DNA of 64,000 nucleotides from Eledone cirrhosa (lineage: Eukaryota). Position 1 is the stretch's first letter. Each line of letters begins with the position of its first letter. The position numbers and the translations under genes were made by a program. Below the pieces are notes generated by a model that worked only from the letters and a program-made list of their open reading frames with translations, searched no databases and was not told where the DNA came from. Positions 57,644-64,000 of this stretch are shown one piece after another. The DNA is taken from NCBI GenBank assembly GCA_964016885.1, contig OZ024755.1, positions 30,504,001-30,568,000 of the forward strand, read 5' to 3'.

Positions 57644-58792
57644 AATGGTAGAAATGACAGTAACAACAACAATAACAAATAAAGAGAACAACAACAATAC
57701 ATTTAACAATCATAACAATAATAATAATGTTAATGGTAGGAACAACAACAACCACAATGACAATAATAGTAGCACACACAACTATGACGATAGATTTAAT
57801 GACAACCCCTTAGAAAACCTATTCTTCAACCCAGCTGACAAAACATATAAGATAAACAAAATGTATCCCAGTTCCATTTTAAGGAAAGAAGTTGTGGTAA
57901 ATCTTTGGAATAGTGCTTAATAAATACTAATGGCCCTAATAGTTGTTCCAATGTTCAAAAGTGGCCCGCCAATGGAATATGTTGCACACCCCTGATCTAA
58001 ATAATACATCTTCTTCAAAGCACAAGCTGCTATTTTAAAAATGACAGGACACAGCAAATATCTTTTTGGGGGAAGCGCATTGAATACAATGCTAGATGAT
58101 CATGACTTTTACGGAAACCCTTTGATTATAAATCTAAGAAAAACTCTACAATTTGAAATGAGTTTTTTTTTTGTCTTGTTGAACAGCACATACGTTTCCC
58201 AAATTATAACCAATATAGCTGGAGGGTGGGTTATGATTTATGTAAAAGCCAGTTAATCAGTAATGCAAAGATGTGTATTCCAAGTCGGATACATTTCATG
58301 ATTTGTATCAGAACTTCTAAGAATTGGTTTCTCGTTGCCTGAGGCGCATACATGACGAATTATATATTGTTTACACAGGAGCTCCGAAATGACACAAGAA
58401 GAACCGGAATTGGAGGATTTAATAAGATATATGTGTGTGCATGTAAGCAATTTGGTTTATACATTTAATAAGAGCGAGTGATAAATAGAGAGGGGAGAGG
58501 GGGAGAAAGAGGGAGGGGCAGAAGGAGAAAAAGAAAGAGAGAGGAGAGAAAGCGAAAGAGAAGATACCAAAAGGGCAAAAGATACAAAAAGCGATTAGTT
58601 GATAAAGAGGTTGGTTGCGGTTTGAGGGGCAGCTTAACGCATGTATATACAATTGGAGAAGTCGTATTTCAAGAAGTGGATGATGAGAAAAATGTTGGCT
58701 TTTTTTACTCTTCTACTGCATTCAGCCATTAGACTGCAGTCATACGATCGAACCCCTTCCCTCTTTAGGCTTGTCCACGACCGACAACTTAC

Positions 58793-58850
58793 AACAATGT
58801 GCTTCGCTCTGGTTATGGCCTCCATCTAGTAAACACGTCCACCCGGGCTG
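58793..58850 (-). CDS. candidate isolated coding exon (QPGWTCLLDGGHNQSEAHC), product unknown
   Basis: Strong polypyrimidine acceptor ttctttctgtctttccaatcAG, consensus donor GTAAGT, one open frame, non-repetitive sequence. No homology recognised. Confidence 0.3.
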
Positions 58851-59247
58851 CTGATTGGAAAGACAGAAAGAAAATTATGTACCCAGTGATGTCATCTCAA
58901 CATCTGCTTACATTTTTAGCCCACCAATTGAAGCTGTATACCACGTTATGATATTAGAAGTCAAATGTCAGAACTTAGCGAGTGGATGATTATCGGTGAG
59001 TCGATCAATTCCCAAGTTGCACAGCTGTCATACATCAAAGCTAAAGTCTCTACATCAAGACCATAAAGTTTACCAACAGTAGGTAACGCTATATTCAATA
59101 TTGAAATAACGCTTCATTAAATCGTTTCGCTCCCATTGAAATAATATTTCTTTAAATTCTTCAAAAGGATACATCTGATATTGAAATAACGATTCTTTAA
59201 AGCCTTTCAAAGGGTCAGTGGATAACGTATGTCTCGTTCTTCTAAAT

Positions 59248-59682
59248 AATTGTTTCTACATTTGGCACAAGGCCAGCAATTATCCCAGTGCATTACTGGT
59301 ACTTTGTTTTATCAACCCCGTAAGGATGAAAGGCAAAGTTAACCTCGGCGGGATTTGAACTCAGACCGTAAACGGCCATAACTCTATGCTGCAAATCCAC
59401 TGTTGCTCTAAATATTGGGTCGTCAAGTATGGAATTTGTAGAATTGTTTTATTTTTTAACAAATTTCTACAAATTGCATAGTTGACCACCCAATCGGTGG
59501 ATTGGCAGTATCGCGAGAGGGTCGGACACCATGCTTTGACGCAGTGAGTTACGGTCCTTGCCATTCTGAGTTCAAATCCCGCCGAGGTTAACTTTGCCTT
59601 TCATCCTTACGGAGTCGATAAAATAAAGTACCAGTAATGCACTGAGTAATGGCTGACCTTGTGTCAAAGGTAGAAACAATTA
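59248..59682. mobile_element. divergently oriented pair of SINE family A copies
   Basis: 59248-59400 on minus and 59496-59682 on plus. Confidence 0.88.
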
Positions 59683-59769
59683 TAATATATAATGCATTTA
59701 TATGAAGGACTATAATTGTATTTATTTATATCTATATAAACGTGCGTGTGCCCCAGCCAGTATGTATAC

Positions 59770-59816
<47 letters not shown>

Positions 59817-59879
59817 AGAGTGGTTACGTATTTGTGTGTGTGTGTGTGTGCGATTGTGTGTTCAGTGTGTAATTGTCTG

Positions 59880-60600
59880 CGTTAGTGTGGCTGTGTGTGT
59901 GTGTGTGCGTTTGTGTGAGTATGTTTTTCTGTGAGTGTGAGTGTGTGAGTGAGTGTGTGAGTGTGTAAGTGTGTGAGTGTGTGAGTATGTCTTTCTGTGT
60001 GTGTGTGTGTCTTTCTGTGAGTGTGTATGCGTGTGCATGTGTGTGTATGTGTTTGTGTGTGTATGTATTTCTGTAAGTGTGTGTATTTATGTGTGTGTAT
60101 GTCTTTGTGCGAATGCGTGTATGTATTTCTGTGAGTGGGTGTGTGAGTGTGTGTATGTGTTTGTGTGAGTGTGTGTATGTATATATGTATATGTATTTCT
60201 GTGAGTGTTTGAATGTGTGTAGGTATTTCTGTGAGTGTGAGTGTGTGTATGTGTTTGTGTATTTCTGTGAGTGTGTGAATGTGAATATGTATTTCTGTGA
60301 GTGTGTGTATGTGTTTGTGTATTTGTGTGAGTGTTTGAATGTGTGTACGTATTTCTGTGAGTGTTTGAATGTGTGTACGTATTTCTGTGAGTGTATGTGT
60401 GTGTGTGTATGTGTTTGTGTATTTCTGTGAGTGTGTGTATGTGTTTGTGTATTTCTGTGAGTGTTTGAATGTGTGTACGTATTTCTGTGAGTGTGTGAAT
60501 GTGTGTGTGTGTTTGTGTGAGTGTTTGTGTGAGTGTGTGTGTGTATGTGTATTTCTGTGAGTGTGGTTATGTATCATATTTGAGTGTGAGTGTGTATGAG
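59880..60600. repeat. TG-rich degenerate minisatellite (~30-bp unit gtatttctgtgagtgt...)
   Basis: atttctgtgagtgt recurs at about 30-bp spacing. Confidence 0.88.
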
Positions 60601-60916
60601 TAAGTCCTGGGCTAACAACTGACAACTTACCACATATCCGGCAAATTTACCACTTCAAATTCTTGTAGTCATTTCTTGACTATTATTCAATTTTATTATC
60701 CCAAATAACTTCTCATTATATATTTTACAATGGTACTTAAACCAGCTTTATTAGGAGTATTATCTCTGAACCAAATATATCTTACGTACTTTCCCATCAT
60801 TCATATCGCTCATGTAATCTTCTCTCTGCCTGCCTAGTTTTGTACTGTATACAGCCGTGTGTGGATATACGTGTGTGTGTGTGTATGTGTGTGTGTGTAT
60901 GTGTGTGTAATCTCAC

Positions 60917-60966
<50 letters not shown>

Positions 60967-61026
60967 TATATATATATACATGTACACACACATATATACA
61001 CGCGCACACACACACATATACACGCG

Positions 61027-61083
<57 letters not shown>

Positions 61084-61086
61084 GTG

Positions 61087-61172
<86 letters not shown>

Positions 61173-61177
61173 CATAC

Positions 61178-61268
<91 letters not shown>

Positions 61269-61269
61269 C

Positions 61270-61348
<79 letters not shown>

Positions 61349-61366
61349 TATCTATATATATATATA

Positions 61367-61575
61367 CAAGTAAGTTATTGCGGGTTGAATCGGAGGTAAC
61401 TACAGTAAGTAAGGTACTCAATACATAGTAGAGTATAAAGGGTTTAATATAGAACAGATTCTACAGGACTAGAACTGTTTAATTCGTGAGAAATCATCAG
61501 GAATCTCACATTCATGATGATTTCTCACGAATGAAACAGTTCTAGTCCTGTAGAATCTCTTCTATATTAAATCTA
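61367..61575. mobile_element. fold-back mini-element family E
   Basis: Arms at 61443-61500 and 61514-61572. Stem I is gattc/gaatc here versus gcttc/gaagc at 43796. Confidence 0.85.
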
Positions 61576-61712
61576 TATATATATACATATATATACAGCT
61601 TTATATATATACATTTTTTTTTTGTATATATATATATATATATATCTGTATATATATATATATATATATCTGTATATATATATATATATATATCTGTATA
61701 TATATATATATA

Positions 61713-61759
<47 letters not shown>

Positions 61760-61770
61760 GTATATATATA

Positions 61771-61817
<47 letters not shown>

Positions 61818-61822
61818 GTATA

Positions 61823-61893
<71 letters not shown>

Positions 61894-61908
61894 CTGTATA
61901 TCTGTATA

Positions 61909-62073
<165 letters not shown>

Positions 62074-62086
62074 GTATATATATATA

Positions 62087-62132
<46 letters not shown>

Positions 62133-62155
62133 GTATATCTCTGTATATATATATA

Positions 62156-62192
<37 letters not shown>

Positions 62193-62377
62193 GTATATAT
62201 ATATATATATATATATATCTGTATATATATATATATATATATATCTGTATATATATCTGTATATATATATATATATATATACAGATATATATACAGATAT
62301 ATATATATATATACAGATATATATATATATATATATATATATCTGTATATATATATATATCTGTATATATATATATA

Positions 62378-62424
<47 letters not shown>

Positions 62425-62693
62425 ATACAGATATATATATATATACAGATATATATAGATATATATATATATACATATATATACATATATATATACAGAT
62501 ATATACATATATATATACAGATATATACATATATATATACAGATATATACATATATATATACAGATATATATATACATATAGAGATATATATATACACAT
62601 ATATATACATATATATATATACAGATATATATATACATATATATACATATATATATATATACAGATTATATATATATATATATATATATATAT

Positions 62694-62868
62694 AACAAAG
62701 GAATTGTGGTAAGGAACCAGATGAACCATAACACACCAGAGTACTCAATACTTAGGGTAGTAGACTGGGAAATAGGAAAAAGTATGAGTCCGACGAGCTC
62801 AAGCTGTTTCGACGGCTATTTCTGGACGTCGAAACGGCTTGAGCTCTGCCGTCGGGGTCATACTTTTT

Positions 62869-62870
<2 letters not shown>
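62694..62870. mobile_element. fold-back mini-element family C (another copy begins at 63972)
   Basis: Same termini as the other copies. Confidence 0.85.
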
Positions 62871-62940
<70 letters not shown>

Positions 62941-63444
62941 CATACACATACATATAATGTGTGTGAGATAATGAGATAAATGGAGATAAATATATACAGA
63001 TATACATATATATACATATATATACATATATATATATACATATATATACATATATATATATACAGATATATACATATATATATACAGATATATATATATA
63101 TACAGATATATACATATATATATATATATATACATATATATATACAGATATATACATATATATATATATATATACATATATATACATATATATATACAGA
63201 TATATATATATATATATACAGATATATATATATATATATATATATACAGATATATACATATATATATACAGATATATACATATATATATACAGATATATA
63301 CATATATACAGATATATACATATATATATACAGATATATACATATATATACATATATATATACATATATATATACAGATATATACATATATATATACAGA
63401 TATATACATATATATATATATATATATACATATATATATACAGA

Positions 63445-63478
<34 letters not shown>

Positions 63479-64000
63479 CATATATATACCTATATATATA
63501 TACAGATATATATATATACATATATATACAGATATATATATATATATATATATATACAGATATATATATATATATATACAGATATATACATATATATATA
63601 TACAGATATATACATATATATATATACATATTATATATATATATATATATGATGTGTGTGAGAGAATGAGATAAATGGAGATAAATAGATATGGAGATAA
63701 ATAGATATACAGTTAGGGAGGTGTAGCAGTAGACGTGTATATAGCTATCGATGTGACTTCCTTTCAGTAAGCTCGTGCCCTCTCGACAGATCAACTAAAT
63801 TGTTATTCATACCATGTAATGCTTTTCTCATTTCCTTTAGTTATTCACACATTTTAGCTTCGTATGCTTATATACGTGTCTGCGTGTCTGAGAGTACGTT
63901 GATAGATATGTATAAGTATTCATATATATATATGTATATTTTATGTATATATATATATACATACATATATAGGAACAAGTATGTCCCCGACGGCAGAGCT

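Noticed and set aside
57645-57920. Asn-rich 91-aa ORF
   Set aside because: Largely (AAC/AAT)n low complexity. It could be an inverted PLE N-terminal piece, but this cannot be supported.

Overview
AT-rich eukaryotic, repeat-dominated DNA, most likely intergenic or intronic animal sequence. The SINE family and the very long (TA)n fields look like an octopus/cephalopod genome; this is inference, not checked. No host gene could be confidently identified; there is one weak candidate exon on the minus strand. Nearly all long ORFs in the track are microsatellite translations. The real coding remnants are retroelements: a near full-length but disrupted R4/Dong-type LINE inside an (AAT)n tract (6796-10243), a Penelope-like element (PLE) with RT and GIY-YIG (about 770-2735, minus), further PLE fragments, and RTE and HERO-like LINE fragments. 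There are also about 20 copies or pieces of a tRNA-derived SINE, two CORE-type SINEs, and Helitron-like and hAT-like non-autonomous pieces. The most striking hidden layer is a set of at least 8 unrelated families of 100-450 bp modules lodged in (TA)n tracts. Many are fold-back palindromes. Many carry minimal type-I hammerhead ribozymes (CUGANGA...GAAA...UH) whose stems show compensatory changes between copies. Several share fixed end points and a GAGTRC-like tail motif. They are best explained as PLE-terminus-derived mini-insertions or retrozyme-like elements that target TA microsatellites.
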